From: Candidatus Iainarchaeum sp.
Lineage (GTDB): Archaea; Iainarchaeota; Iainarchaeia; Iainarchaeales; DTGL01
Assembly: GCA_038886995.1 (NCBI GenBank)
Contig: JAWALG010000006.1
Coordinates: 1-41,131, forward strand
Length of the DNA: 41,131 nt
Reading direction: 5' to 3'
Shown here: in pieces, positions 8,171-17,385 of the stretch
Position numbering within the stretch: position 1 is the stretch's first letter
How the letters are laid out: every line of letters starts with the position of its first letter
Notes under the pieces: model-generated
The model's input: only the letters and a program-made list of their open reading frames with translations
What the model was told of the DNA's origin: nothing
Database searches by the model: none
Made by a program: the position numbers and the translations under genes

Positions 8171-8566
8171 TTATTTATCACCATCTTTTCCTTCACTCTT
8201 TTCTTCTTTTCCAAGTAGCTTGTCTAAGGGCTCATCACCGTACTTTGTTATTTTTAGGTTTAATTGGTGTATGTCTTCAGCAATTATGTTGCCCCTAACC
8301 CTCTTCCTTTTTATAATCCCCTTTTCTTTAGGTCTGTACCCAACCCCTGATTTGAGAAGCACCATAGGCCTGGATGTGCCTTCTACTGTTGGTTTCATTG
8401 GAAAGCCACATTTATCGCTGCCGCCAGTTATTTTTGCTTTATAGCCCTTCAAGTTCAAGATATCAAGCTCTACCTCAGAACCTATTTTTTTGCCTAAAAA
8501 AACTGGCTTTGCAGAGTTTATGCTGTAAGCTTTCCTCGTTTTAGGATCACTAATAACAATATTCAT
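8171..8566 (-). CDS. rps6e: 30S ribosomal protein S6e
   Basis: VISDP, ITGGSDK.GFPM, RKRVRGN and QLN.KI. Confidence 0.96.
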   Translation of the reverse strand: MNIVISDPKTRKAYSINSAKPVFLGKKIGSEVELDILNLKGYKAKITGGSDKCGFPMKPTVEGTSRPMVLLKSGVGYRPKEKGIIKRKRVRGNIIAEDIHQLNLKITKYGDEPLDKLLGKEEKSEGKDGDK

Positions 8567-8603
8567 ATAACCACCATCCTAAAGATATAAACATAAAATA
8601 AAT

Positions 8604-10367
8604 TTATTTAGTTTGGCTTTCTTTGGTGAATTTAGAGTTAATTTCTAAGATTTCTTCCAATACTTTATGTTCATCTTCACTTAAGCTAAAATCCTGTAAA
8701 ATCAAAAGTTGCCTTTTGCTGATAACGCTATATAAAACCCCATCTTCTTTTATATTTCTACCAACAATGCCGCCCTCAACTGCTATAGCAACCTCTTGGT
8801 TAGCAAATGCTTCTTCAATATCTTTTTTATCGCTCTGTATTGAAGTAATTTTTCCAACTATTTTGCCTTTTTCATTCATTATCTCAATTTCTTTCCTTAT
8901 TTTGCCAGCAAGCACCTTTACCCCAAATATTGCAGGATCTTTGTTCCTAAAGATATATCTGCTTAGAACCTGGACTTTTGCAGGCCAAACTACTTTTTTC
9001 TCCTGTTCTTTTTTCATTGCCGCTTCTTGCTCAGCCCTCCATTTAAAGTATTCCTCCAAAAGCGTATATATTACATCTCCTCTAAATATTTTAATCTTTA
9101 ATTTATCCGCTTCTTCTTGAGCGTAATTGTCGATACTTACGGAAAAACCGAGTATGGCCGCTTCGAGAGGCATGTTTTCTTTGACTGATGATGCCTCAAC
9201 TACATCTTTTTTTGTTATTGCCCCAATATCTGCACTTCCTACACTTATTTTTCTTGAATTGAGTATTGAAACAAGTGCCTCAAGAGAGCCAAGAGCATTC
9301 GCTTTCACTATAAGACCTTTTTTGTTTTTAACAATAACTGATTCAATCTCCCTTTCTATGATTTTTTCAGCATTTTTTGCTGAAGCTAGCATTACTGGGG
9401 CTCCAGCGAGTGCCTCATCTAGGTTTGGTGCAGCAATCTTCACACCACAAGCCGCACTAACTTTTTCAACAGCATTGAAAGACGCTTTTTTGTCAGATAT
9501 TTCATTTAAAGGTTTTGGTTTGAGAAGTGCCCTTATCTTGGTCTTTATAACACCGTTACGCCCCCCAACAAAAATCTGGTCATTTACAGACAAAGTACCA
9601 GAAAATAATATGACATCGATTGTTTTACCAAAACCCAATTCATCTTTGGTCTCTAAAACAACGCCCACGGCATCTTCATCCGGACTTATCTCAAGTTTTT
9701 TGCTCATGAATTTTTGGCTGAGTCCAGAAATAAGTACTAAAAGTTCTGGAATGCCCTCGCCGGTCTTACCCGAGCAAGGAACCAGTGCAACTTGCTTTCT
9801 GAAGTCAGAGCAACTATCAAACCTGTCGCTGTTGAAGCCAAGCTCAAAAAGTTTTCCGACAATTGAATATAATTTTTCATCAAGTTCTGTTAAAGCTTCT
9901 TTTGACTGCCTCTTAACGTTCTCCAAGAAACTGCCTTTTTTTGAAACCCAACTACTCAAAGCGTCAATCTTAGTTAAAGCGACTAGGAAGGGTGTTCTAT
10001 ACTTTTTGAGTATCTCAATTGATTCAATTGTTTGGTTCTGTATGCCTTGGTTGATGTCAATAACCAAAAGTGCCAAATCAGCATTGCTTCCGCCCCTTTT
10101 CCTAAGGTTAACAAAAGCTTCGTGGCCAGGAGTATCTATGAAAAGCACACCAGGGATTTTAAGCTCAAAGCCAAACCTTTCAAGAAGACCTGCACTTTCT
10201 TTCTCTATTATGTGCTTGGGTATTTCTGTAGCTCCTATGTGTTGAGTTATTTTCCCCGGCTCACGCTCCGCAACAAGAGTTCCACGTATAGCATCAAGCA
10301 AAGTTGTTTTTCCATGATCAACATGTCCAAGGACTGCAACAATTGGTTGTCTGAGCATATGCTTCAC
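8604..10367 (-). CDS. infB: Translation initiation factor aIF5B
   Basis: RQPIV.VLGHVDHGKT, ITQHIGA, DTPGHEAF.NLRKRGG, GSLEAL and FR..DPAI.GV. Confidence 0.97.
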   Translation of the reverse strand: MKHMLRQPIVAVLGHVDHGKTTLLDAIRGTLVAEREPGKITQHIGATEIPKHIIEKESAGLLERFGFELKIPGVLFIDTPGHEAFVNLRKRGGSNADLALLVIDINQGIQNQTIESIEILKKYRTPFLVALTKIDALSSWVSKKGSFLENVKRQSKEALTELDEKLYSIVGKLFELGFNSDRFDSCSDFRKQVALVPCSGKTGEGIPELLVLISGLSQKFMSKKLEISPDEDAVGVVLETKDELGFGKTIDVILFSGTLSVNDQIFVGGRNGVIKTKIRALLKPKPLNEISDKKASFNAVEKVSAACGVKIAAPNLDEALAGAPVMLASAKNAEKIIEREIESVIVKNKKGLIVKANALGSLEALVSILNSRKISVGSADIGAITKKDVVEASSVKENMPLEAAILGFSVSIDNYAQEEADKLKIKIFRGDVIYTLLEEYFKWRAEQEAAMKKEQEKKVVWPAKVQVLSRYIFRNKDPAIFGVKVLAGKIRKEIEIMNEKGKIVGKITSIQSDKKDIEEAFANQEVAIAVEGGIVGRNIKEDGVLYSVISKRQLLILQDFSLSEDEHKVLEEILEINSKFTKESQTK

Positions 10368-10805
10368 TCACCTTAGACCAGTTGACCCAAAGCCATTCTG
10401 GCCCCTTTCTGTTTTGTCAAGCGCACTTGTTTCTTTCAACTTAGGCGTTGCAAATCTATTGAAAACAATCTGTGCTATTTTTTGGCCTTTTTCAACCTTA
10501 AACTTTTTTTCACCAAGATTTATTAGGATAACCTTTATTTCGCCCCTGTAATTTGGGTCTATTGTCCCAGGGGTATTTAACACAGTTATACCATAATTTA
10601 ATGCCAAGCCACTTTTAGGCCTTATTTGTGCCTCCATGCCTTTTGGCAGTGCTATTCTTATGCCTGTTCCCACGATTTTTATTTTGCCAGGTTCAATCTC
10701 TGTGCATTCATTTGAAAATAAGTCATATCCAGCGTCTCCTGCTAAGGCCCTCTCTGGCAATTTCGCATCTTGGCTAATTTTAACTACCAAAACCTCTTTT
10801 TTCAT
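10368..10805 (-). CDS. dut: Trimeric dUTPase
   Basis: All five dUTPase motifs present: AGYDL, RPKSGLA, PGTID.NYRGEI, KIAQ and RG..GFGSTG. Likely start is ATG 10805. Confidence 0.95.
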   Translation of the reverse strand: MKKEVLVVKISQDAKLPERALAGDAGYDLFSNECTEIEPGKIKIVGTGIRIALPKGMEAQIRPKSGLALNYGITVLNTPGTIDPNYRGEIKVILINLGEKKFKVEKGQKIAQIVFNRFATPKLKETSALDKTERGQNGFGSTGLR

Positions 10806-10891
10806 TTTTATCACTTTTAAGTATATCACTTACTAAGAAGTGCTAAAGGCACACACCTCTTTGGGTAAGCCCTAGTTTGCTGGTTTAAATC

Positions 10892-11374
10892 TTAGTTTCT
10901 ATTTCCGAGCTCGTCCTTCGAATATATCAAAGAGTCCAAGCACTCATAACTTAAAATTTCCCATTTTTCAAAAAAGAGCTCTATTTCCCTTGTCGCTACT
11001 GTGCTGTCTGCTGACGCATGAACTAGGTTGTTCTGCTGGCTCATTGAATATTTGCCTCTTATCGTACCTGGCTCAGCTTCACGACCGTTTGTTGCGCCAA
11101 CCAACTTTCTTACAACTTTTACTGCATCAATGCCTTCTACAACTGCCAGCACCACAGGTCCAGAGTTCATAAATGAAACTAAGCTGTTAAAAAATGGTTT
11201 GCCTTTGTGCTCAGCATAGTGCTTTTCCAACTTTTGTTTCTCAATAAGCTCGAGTTTCATCGCAGAAATCTTGAGGCCTTTTTTTTCAAAAGCGGAAATT
11301 ATCTCGCCTATAAGGCCCCTCTTAACAGCATCCGGCTTTATTATGACAAGAGTACGCTCATACACAGAAGTCAT
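10892..11374 (-). CDS. ndk: Nucleoside diphosphate kinase
   Basis: ERTL.IIKPDAV.R, HY.EH.GKPFF, PGTIRG and N.VHAS catalytic His. Confidence 0.97.
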   Translation of the reverse strand: MTSVYERTLVIIKPDAVKRGLIGEIISAFEKKGLKISAMKLELIEKQKLEKHYAEHKGKPFFNSLVSFMNSGPVVLAVVEGIDAVKVVRKLVGATNGREAEPGTIRGKYSMSQQNNLVHASADSTVATREIELFFEKWEILSYECLDSLIYSKDELGNRN

Positions 11375-11376
11375 TT

Positions 11377-11547
11377 TTACACCTGCTTTTGTTTAGTTAC
11401 CCACTTAAGCTTAGAAGGGCTTCTTCCCAAAACAAGCATGTTTTTTTCACACTTCTTAGAGCAAAAGCAAAGTATCCGGCCAGCTTTTGTCACCATGATT
11501 TTCCCAGTGCCATCTCTTATTTTCTCTTTACAAAACGAGCATTGCAC
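11377..11547 (-). CDS. rpl24e: 50S ribosomal protein L24e; absent from the ORF track
   Basis: Hand translation from GTG: MQCSFCKEKIRDGTGKIMVTKAGRILCFCSKKCEKNMLVLGRSPSKLKWVTKQKQV (56 aa). AGGTGA SD upstream. Confidence 0.95.
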   Translation of the reverse strand: MQCSFCKEKIRDGTGKIMVTKAGRILCFCSKKCEKNMLVLGRSPSKLKWVTKQKQV

Positions 11548-11556
11548 AGTTATCAC

Positions 11557-11763
11557 CTAGAACTCCTTTATTTCAGTGGCCTCTATTTCAGTGTCAAGCA
11601 ATGTAACTATGTCACCAACTCTAGTATTGCCGCGTATATTCCTTCTTTTTATCCTTCCTTTTTCAGGCCCTTCTAATATCTGCACAAGTGCTTGAACTAT
11701 TTCTCCTTGCACACCAGTCCTTTTTATTATTTCAACAACCTTTGCAGGAGTGCCTTCCGACAT
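11557..11763 (-). CDS. rps28e: 30S ribosomal protein S28e
   Basis: RTG..GE..Q, GR...RN..G..RVGD...L. Confidence 0.95.
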   Translation of the reverse strand: MSEGTPAKVVEIIKRTGVQGEIVQALVQILEGPEKGRIKRRNIRGNTRVGDIVTLLDTEIEATEIKEF

Positions 11764-12137
11764 TACTTCACCTTACTCTCCTTTTTAGCCCTAACTTCTT
11801 GTATCTTTTTTATTACTTCAGCAAGCTCTTTTGCTGCATTGCCCGGCTCAGCAATAGCAACACTGCTTGCGGCAACATTAAGGCCTGCCTTTTCACCAAG
11901 TTCTTTCTTTGTCTTTACAAAGCTATAAGTTATTCCCTTTTCGTCACATATCAACGGTATATGCATGACTATTTCTTTTGGTTCAACATCTTGGGCAATT
12001 AGTACTAACTTCGCTTCTCCCCTTTCTATAGATTTTGTAACTTCATTGACACCAATCCTGAGCTTGCCGCTCTCAGCTATCCTTTGCAGTAGCCTGAGCT
12101 GCTCTGCAGCAAGCTCTTCTGATACACTAAACTCCAT
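11763..12137 (-). CDS. rpl7ae: Ribosomal/K-turn-binding protein L7Ae
   Basis: G.NEVTK.IERG.AKLV.IA.DV.P.EIV.H.P.IC.EK and LG..AGL.V. Confidence 0.97.
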   Translation of the reverse strand: MEFSVSEELAAEQLRLLQRIAESGKLRIGVNEVTKSIERGEAKLVLIAQDVEPKEIVMHIPLICDEKGITYSFVKTKKELGEKAGLNVAASSVAIAEPGNAAKELAEVIKKIQEVRAKKESKVK

Positions 12138-12146
12138 AAACTAAGA

Positions 12147-12176
12147 CACCTCCTACCTTTCGGTTTTTCATCGGCA
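12147..12176 (-). promoter_or_regulatory. K-turn in the rpl7ae 5'-UTR embedding the Shine-Dalgarno
   Basis: mRNA reads UGCC-GAU-GAA-AA-ACC-GAAA-GGU-A-GGA-GGUG: C-stem UGCC/GGUG, 3-nt GAU bulge, tandem G.A/A.G/A.G pairs and a GAAA-capped stem. The SD GGAGGUG is the non-bulged strand. Confidence 0.8.
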
Positions 12177-12239
12177 AATTAGTGGCCTTTACTTATTTAT
12201 TCTAGAGGAAGTTTTAAAATTGTTTGTTGATGACAAAAC

Positions 12240-13898
12240 CTACCTATGCACAAATATTGCCATAACTCCTTTCTCATTTATAGCATCTACCTTAACAAAG
12301 CCCAAATTGTCAATATAATATATGTCTCCTTGCTTAAAAGGTATGCTTCCATCCGCAAATTTTTTAACAGTAGTGCCATCTGGCATTGTTATGTATAAAT
12401 CTATTATTGAAAGTACCCATGGCACTATGGGCTCTATTTTTTCATATCCCACGTATTCTGCAAAGGCCTGCATCTCTGTAACCTTCTTTATTTTCACATT
12501 GTATGCGTTCCTAAGCCTAAAAACATCTGTGCCTGCTTCGATTGCACTTTTATCCACCATAAATGGTTGTAAATCAGCATTTAGGTTAATTGTTATGTTT
12601 TCCCCTAATTTTATTGTCTTTTCTGGTGGGTATTCGACTATGAGCTTGAAAGGCCTTTCTATTGTATTAATGCGCGGACTTTTTCCACTGATGAATTCCC
12701 TGTTTATAGCAGTAAGCATATCCCACTCGATAGTGGTGTCATTTGGCTTAGTGCCTATTTCCATTATTATGCGTCTTATAGTTTCTGGTACAAAACCACG
12801 CCTTCTTAGGGCCACTATAGTGCCAAGCCTAGGGTCATCCCAGCCGCTATATATGCCTTGTTCAATCGCTGCCTTTGTTTTTGAGGTTGAGAGAACTACA
12901 CCTTCAAGCATTACTCTACCTGTGTAAATCGTGTGAGGATACTCCCATCCAAAGTAATTGTACAGAAAAACCTGTTTTGTCTCATTTTGCTTGTGCTCCT
13001 GCCCCCTTATGATTAAAGTCACACCCAGCAAGTGGTCATCTATAGCTGAAGCAAAGTTATAGCTCGGCCATACATGCTGGTCATCTTTAACCTTTGGATG
13101 GCTTGGCTTGTCAACAACTTTAGCAATCCACCAGTCCCTAACACTTGGGTCAACATGGCTTAAAATTGTTTTTATTCTCAGTACTGCTTCCCCTTCTTTG
13201 TACTGGTTTTTTATCATTTTATCAAATCTTTTCATATGCTCTTTTGGCGACTTTTCCCTGCAAGGACATGGTAGTTGTTTTTTAACTCTGGCGCGCCATT
13301 CCTCTGGGTTGCATGTGCAAACATATGCCCTGCCGCTTTCTATAAGGTCAACCATATATTTTTTGTATATTTCAAGTCGGTCGCTTGCAAAGTAAACTTC
13401 ATCAATTTTGCAGCCAAGCCATTCAAGGTCTCGCCTAAAAACCTCTTCTGCATTTGGCATCGGTTTCTTTACTTTAGGATCAGTATCATCAAAACGAAGT
13501 ATAAACTTTCCACCATACTTTCTTGCGTAATCATGGCTCAAAATAGCCGCTCTTGCGTTACCTATGTGCATCGGGCCGTTAGGATTTGGTGCAAACCTGG
13601 TTATAACTTTCTGTTTCTTTGCCCAGGGCAAGTCCTCCAGGCCCAAAACCTTCTGCTTTGGCTTTAGCTCATAACCCTCGTTGCTTTCAATTTTTTGGTA
13701 CTCCTCTTTTATCTCATCAAGAGTTAGCCCATTTACTTTAGAAACAACTTCTTTAGCCACTTCTGTAAGCTCTTTTATATCAGAATCAGGAAAAAGTGCT
13801 TTTAGCTTGCCAACAACTGCAACATCACTTGCTTTTCCATCATGCAAGAATGCGTTTTTTATTGCATACTTGTAGGCAGCATTTTCTATACTTTGCAT
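12240..13898 (-). CDS. gltX: Glutamyl-tRNA synthetase (archaeal type)
   Basis: RFAPNPNGP.HIGN, LRFDDTDP, IRG.EH, LSTS, GWDDPRLGT...LRRRG. Confidence 0.96.
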   Translation of the reverse strand: MQSIENAAYKYAIKNAFLHDGKASDVAVVGKLKALFPDSDIKELTEVAKEVVSKVNGLTLDEIKEEYQKIESNEGYELKPKQKVLGLEDLPWAKKQKVITRFAPNPNGPMHIGNARAAILSHDYARKYGGKFILRFDDTDPKVKKPMPNAEEVFRRDLEWLGCKIDEVYFASDRLEIYKKYMVDLIESGRAYVCTCNPEEWRARVKKQLPCPCREKSPKEHMKRFDKMIKNQYKEGEAVLRIKTILSHVDPSVRDWWIAKVVDKPSHPKVKDDQHVWPSYNFASAIDDHLLGVTLIIRGQEHKQNETKQVFLYNYFGWEYPHTIYTGRVMLEGVVLSTSKTKAAIEQGIYSGWDDPRLGTIVALRRRGFVPETIRRIIMEIGTKPNDTTIEWDMLTAINREFISGKSPRINTIERPFKLIVEYPPEKTIKLGENITINLNADLQPFMVDKSAIEAGTDVFRLRNAYNVKIKKVTEMQAFAEYVGYEKIEPIVPWVLSIIDLYITMPDGTTVKKFADGSIPFKQGDIYYIDNLGFVKVDAINEKGVMAIFVHR

Positions 13899-13979
13899 AT
13901 ATGCCTATTTATATAGGAATATTTTTAAATATGAACAAAAAGTTAAAACAAAATTAAAATATTTTACATATAGCAAAAA

Positions 13980-14723
13980 TCAGCTCTTTGTTTCAGCCCA
14001 GCTCCTTTCGAAGTGCTGTTTCAACGGCTCTATCAGAGGCGCGTTATTCCAAACCGCGAAGCAGTATTCTTCACCCTCTTTTTTCAAGTCGCCAAGTGCT
14101 ATAATAAGCTTCTTATTATCAACAATGTATGCCTCAAGGCCATGCTGTGCTGACTTTACATCAACCCCATATTTGAGTATGTCCTCAAGCTCCCCCGCCT
14201 TTGGATGTAATATCTTTACTTGCACATTCTTTTCCTTAAGGCCTTTTATCGCTTTTTTGATTGGCATGTGCTTTGCAAGAATCTCAGCGAAACCCAACAA
14301 CGAGCTCTCCGCACTCTGTAACTCAAGGGCAATCATTTTTATGAAGTCGTTCTTGTCTTTAACCCTTAGGATTCTCGTGCCTGACTCTTCTGCAACTTTA
14401 GCCGACTTCAGTGTTTCCTTTGCCTTTTCCGCGCTTTCTATAAGCTCAGAGAAGCGCTTCTTTTTCTCTTCAACAAGTATATTTAGAACTTCTTCGGGCT
14501 CCTTGGCAACATATCTCTTTGGTCTTCCTTGCAGCTTTATCACAAGATTTTTTGCAGCAAGGTCATCAAGTACATCATAAATTCTTGTTTTGGGCACTTC
14601 AGCAACCCTTGAAAGTTCTGGCGCTTTTACCTCTTTCATCCTAGCAAGAGCGCTTAGTGTTTTTGATTCATATTCTGTAAGCCCCAATTCCTGAAATAGC
14701 GCAATGAGATTTTCCTTTTTCAT
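13980..14723 (-). CDS. TrmB-family transcriptional regulator
   Basis: LGLTEYE.K, VP.TRIYDVL..L..K.LV, G.PKRY.A..PEE winged HTH, and a C-terminal effector domain (IVD..K..I). Start ATG 14723. Confidence 0.9.
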   Translation of the reverse strand: MKKENLIALFQELGLTEYESKTLSALARMKEVKAPELSRVAEVPKTRIYDVLDDLAAKNLVIKLQGRPKRYVAKEPEEVLNILVEEKKKRFSELIESAEKAKETLKSAKVAEESGTRILRVKDKNDFIKMIALELQSAESSLLGFAEILAKHMPIKKAIKGLKEKNVQVKILHPKAGELEDILKYGVDVKSAQHGLEAYIVDNKKLIIALGDLKKEGEEYCFAVWNNAPLIEPLKQHFERSWAETKS

Positions 14724-14849
14724 ATAACCACCTTTTGGACGTGGCAACTTGGCAATATATTTAATTTTTTCTATATTATTACATCTTCATAATTTATAAT
14801 TGTTACATATAAACAAAAATCAGATATTTTTGGCTTTTTTGTGAAATAA

Positions 14850-15647
14850 TCACAGAAAAACAATCCCGGCATACCCGACAACGCTAGCATAATCCTTGCT
14901 AAAGCTCGCAGATGTTGTATATTCAATGAGCATTGCTTTTTTCCTTCCAATTCTTCTGCAATATTGAAGTAGTACCGTTATTGGCGATATGCCGCATATG
15001 CTAAGGTTTTTACTCGTTACAAGGTCATAAAATTCTCTTGGACTTATCTTTTTTATGACATCTATTGCTAGAGAATCCCTTTCCTTTGCACTCTTTTCAG
15101 GGATGAAATGAGAAAAGTCACTAGATGCAATAACATTAAAATTGCTTTTCTCTGCGTTTTCAGCAAGAATATTGCCAAACTCAACCAATTTATCAAATTC
15201 CGTGGTTGCTATTGTAATAGGCACAATGCTTATAGCACCGAACCTATGTTGCAAAAAAGGCAATATTACTTCAATTGAATGTTCCGCTATGTGCGCAGAT
15301 TCATCAAACTCAGCCAAACCTTTTTGCTCAATGCTCTTTGAGAGCTTTTTGTCGACTTTTAATGAGCCGAGCGGCGTTACCCAAGAGTCACTCTCGCTCA
15401 ACGCTATGTCACAACCTATGCCTGTGTGGTTTGGACTTAGGATTACAAATCCTTCACTCTTTTTCATTAAAGCAATTGTTTTTGCAGCAGTTTTGCCACT
15501 ATATGCATAACCCGCATGCGGCACAATCGCCTCTGATACCTTATCAGAAGATTCAACACCCTTAAAAAGGCCAGCAATCTTTTCCCGCAGTTGATTTCTA
15601 TCCGCAGGGTAGAATTGCCCGCAAACAGCAGGCATCCTTTTGTCCAT
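14850..15647 (-). CDS. MEMO1-family protein (AmmeMemoRadiSam protein B)
   Basis: R.PAV.G.FYP, PHAGY.YSG, PNHTG, W.TPLG, EHS.EV.LPFLQ, SSDFSH, SICG and VVGY. Confidence 0.94.
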   Translation of the reverse strand: MDKRMPAVCGQFYPADRNQLREKIAGLFKGVESSDKVSEAIVPHAGYAYSGKTAAKTIALMKKSEGFVILSPNHTGIGCDIALSESDSWVTPLGSLKVDKKLSKSIEQKGLAEFDESAHIAEHSIEVILPFLQHRFGAISIVPITIATTEFDKLVEFGNILAENAEKSNFNVIASSDFSHFIPEKSAKERDSLAIDVIKKISPREFYDLVTSKNLSICGISPITVLLQYCRRIGRKKAMLIEYTTSASFSKDYASVVGYAGIVFL

Positions 15648-15683
15648 ATTTAAAATTAGCCCCAAATTTGATTAAATTTTTTT

Positions 15684-16337
15684 CTATGTTTTGCCCTTTG
15701 CCAAGTTTTCTGATTCTTTTGCCTTTTGCTTTGACTCAAAGTCCTCAACTTTAAAGTTAAATGCCTTTTCTTTCTTCTGGCCCCTGGCTTTGAGTATCTC
15801 CCTTGCTAGTAACCAATAAATAAGGGCCAAGCTTTTTTTGCCCTTATTATTGCAAGGTATCACCAAGTCAACAAACTCTGTGCTATTATCAGTGCTGCAC
15901 ATTGCAACAATTATGCTGTGTTGCGTTGCTGCCTCTTCTAATGCTTGGCGGTCATTGCTAGTATCAGTTATTATGACAAGGTCTGGCTCAAAGAAGCCTT
16001 TCATTTGTGGGTTTGTCATTGTTCCTGGAATATATCTACCACATATTGCTCTCGCACCTATGACTTCCGCAAACTTTTTTATTGGTTCCCTACCATACTC
16101 TTTCTGCGAAACAACTGCAATTTTTTCTGGCTCAAAGGTGGCTATGAATTTACTTGCTATGCGGATCCTTTCGTCTATTGTTCCAATGTCTAACACCTTT
16201 AGTCGATCAGGTCTTTTCTTGAATATAAAGCGGCGCATGCCTTCGCTTTTATACTTGGCTCCGATGTGTACACCTGCTTGGAGATAATCCTTAGCAGCAA
16301 TCAATGTCTTCGTTACCAAATTATCACCATCTCTCAC
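15684..16337 (-). CDS. rps2: 30S ribosomal protein S2
   Basis: YL.AGVHIG, GR..PGT.TNP, EPD, D.QA..EA and VD..IPCNNKG..SLAL.YWLLARE. Confidence 0.96.
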   Translation of the reverse strand: MRDGDNLVTKTLIAAKDYLQAGVHIGAKYKSEGMRRFIFKKRPDRLKVLDIGTIDERIRIASKFIATFEPEKIAVVSQKEYGREPIKKFAEVIGARAICGRYIPGTMTNPQMKGFFEPDLVIITDTSNDRQALEEAATQHSIIVAMCSTDNSTEFVDLVIPCNNKGKKSLALIYWLLAREILKARGQKKEKAFNFKVEDFESKQKAKESENLAKGKT

Positions 16338-16339
16338 AA

Positions 16340-16534
16340 TTATATTGAAAACTTCATCAGGTCATCTATTGCTTCAACATGCGTAAGGAGCATCCTCCTG
16401 CAACAGTACCTGTTTACGCCTAACTCATCAAGGACTTCCTTTGGGTTTCTCCCTTTTTTAACTTCATCTTCAAATCTCTTATACAGGTTCCCAACAACAT
16501 TTCCGCAGCTAAAACATCTTACCGGAATTATCAT
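16340..16534 (-). CDS. rpoN: RNA polymerase subunit Rpo10 (N)
   Basis: [11 protein letters not shown]...[17 protein letters not shown]. Start is ATG 16534. Confidence 0.97.
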   Translation of the reverse strand: MIIPVRCFSCGNVVGNLYKRFEDEVKKGRNPKEVLDELGVNRYCCRRMLLTHVEAIDDLMKFSI

Positions 16535-16538
16535 TTGA

Positions 16539-16955
16539 TCACCTTTTTGTCTTTTGCCTTTTCTTTCTTGCACCTTTGCCGAGTGGCTTTTTGCTCTCTT
16601 TCTTGCGTGGATCATCTACGAGCAAAAGCCGGTCATACTGTTTGAATTTTTTCTCAAGGCCTTTATCCTTGCTGAACTTAACAAGTGCCTTTGCAATAGC
16701 GCTTCTAGCACACACCGCCTGAGCCATTGCGCCCCCGCCAGTCGCTCTTACTGATATGTCATATCTTTTTGCAATATCGCCTGCCAGCATAAGTGGCTCT
16801 TCAATAAAAACCCTTACATATTTTGGCTCTATCGTCTTCAAATCCCTTTTGTTTATTGTAACCTTTCCAGAGCCCTCTTTAATTATGGCTCTAGCCACAG
16901 CAGATTTCTTCTTAGATACAAAAATTAACCTTTTTCTGCCTTTCTTTGCCATCAT
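16539..16955 (-). CDS. rps9: 30S ribosomal protein S9
   Basis: AVARA...G.G...IN, GGG..AQA...R.AIAKAL and YDR.LLV.DPR.KE.KK..G.GAR. Confidence 0.96.
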   Translation of the reverse strand: MMAKKGRKRLIFVSKKKSAVARAIIKEGSGKVTINKRDLKTIEPKYVRVFIEEPLMLAGDIAKRYDISVRATGGGAMAQAVCARSAIAKALVKFSKDKGLEKKFKQYDRLLLVDDPRKKESKKPLGKGARKKRQKTKR

Positions 16956-17377
16956 TACCACTTCGCACCAAGTTTTTTACAAAGTTCTTCTAAGGATATT
17001 GCTGCTTCCTTTCCATTATACTTTGCAATTCTTATACTCTCAGCTTTTTCTGCATCAATTCCTTCAGGAACACCAATAAACACCCTTACTCTTTTTGCTG
17101 CTTTTCTTCCACGAATGGTTTTGTTAGGTAGCATTCCAGTAATTGCTTTTTTAAGTATCTTATCAGGCCTTTTTGGAAATTTTGGGCCTCTCTCAGGGTT
17201 TCCTTTTCTAGTTAAGTTTATCCTTCTTCGCCACCGCTCTACAACTATTTCCTCTCGGCCAATAACAACAGCTTTTTCTGCGTTTATAACGTCAATCTTT
17301 TCCCCCAGCAAAGCCCTGTGAGCAACTATGCTAGATAATCGCCCCACAACATGCTCTTTAGCGTCTATCACTACCAT
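16955..17377 (-). CDS. rpl13: 50S ribosomal protein L13
   Basis: IDA....GRL.S.VA, NAEKAV..G, GP.FP.RPD, GMLP and FIGVP. Confidence 0.96.
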   Translation of the reverse strand: MVVIDAKEHVVGRLSSIVAHRALLGEKIDVINAEKAVVIGREEIVVERWRRRINLTRKGNPERGPKFPKRPDKILKKAITGMLPNKTIRGRKAAKRVRVFIGVPEGIDAEKAESIRIAKYNGKEAAISLEELCKKLGAKW

Positions 17378-17385
17378 AAGTTCAC

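Noticed and set aside
9127-10245. 372-aa plus-strand ORF
   Set aside because: It is the in-register antisense shadow of aIF5B: Ser/Phe/Leu-rich, with no motifs. The same applies to the other plus-strand ORFs over the ribosomal cluster (e.g. 12322-12927, 21867-22424, 34381-34992).
10809-10845. TATCAC half-sites resembling the Thermococcales TrmB motif
   Set aside because: There is no proper TATCAC-N5-GTGATA palindrome. On the coding strand these read AAGTGATA, which is more simply an SD-like sequence.
12240-12242. Stop-codon recoding or readthrough
   Set aside because: TAA, TAG and TGA all terminate conserved genes at expected positions, consistent with the standard archaeal code. No inteins or frameshifts were evident in aIF5B, RtcB or GltX.
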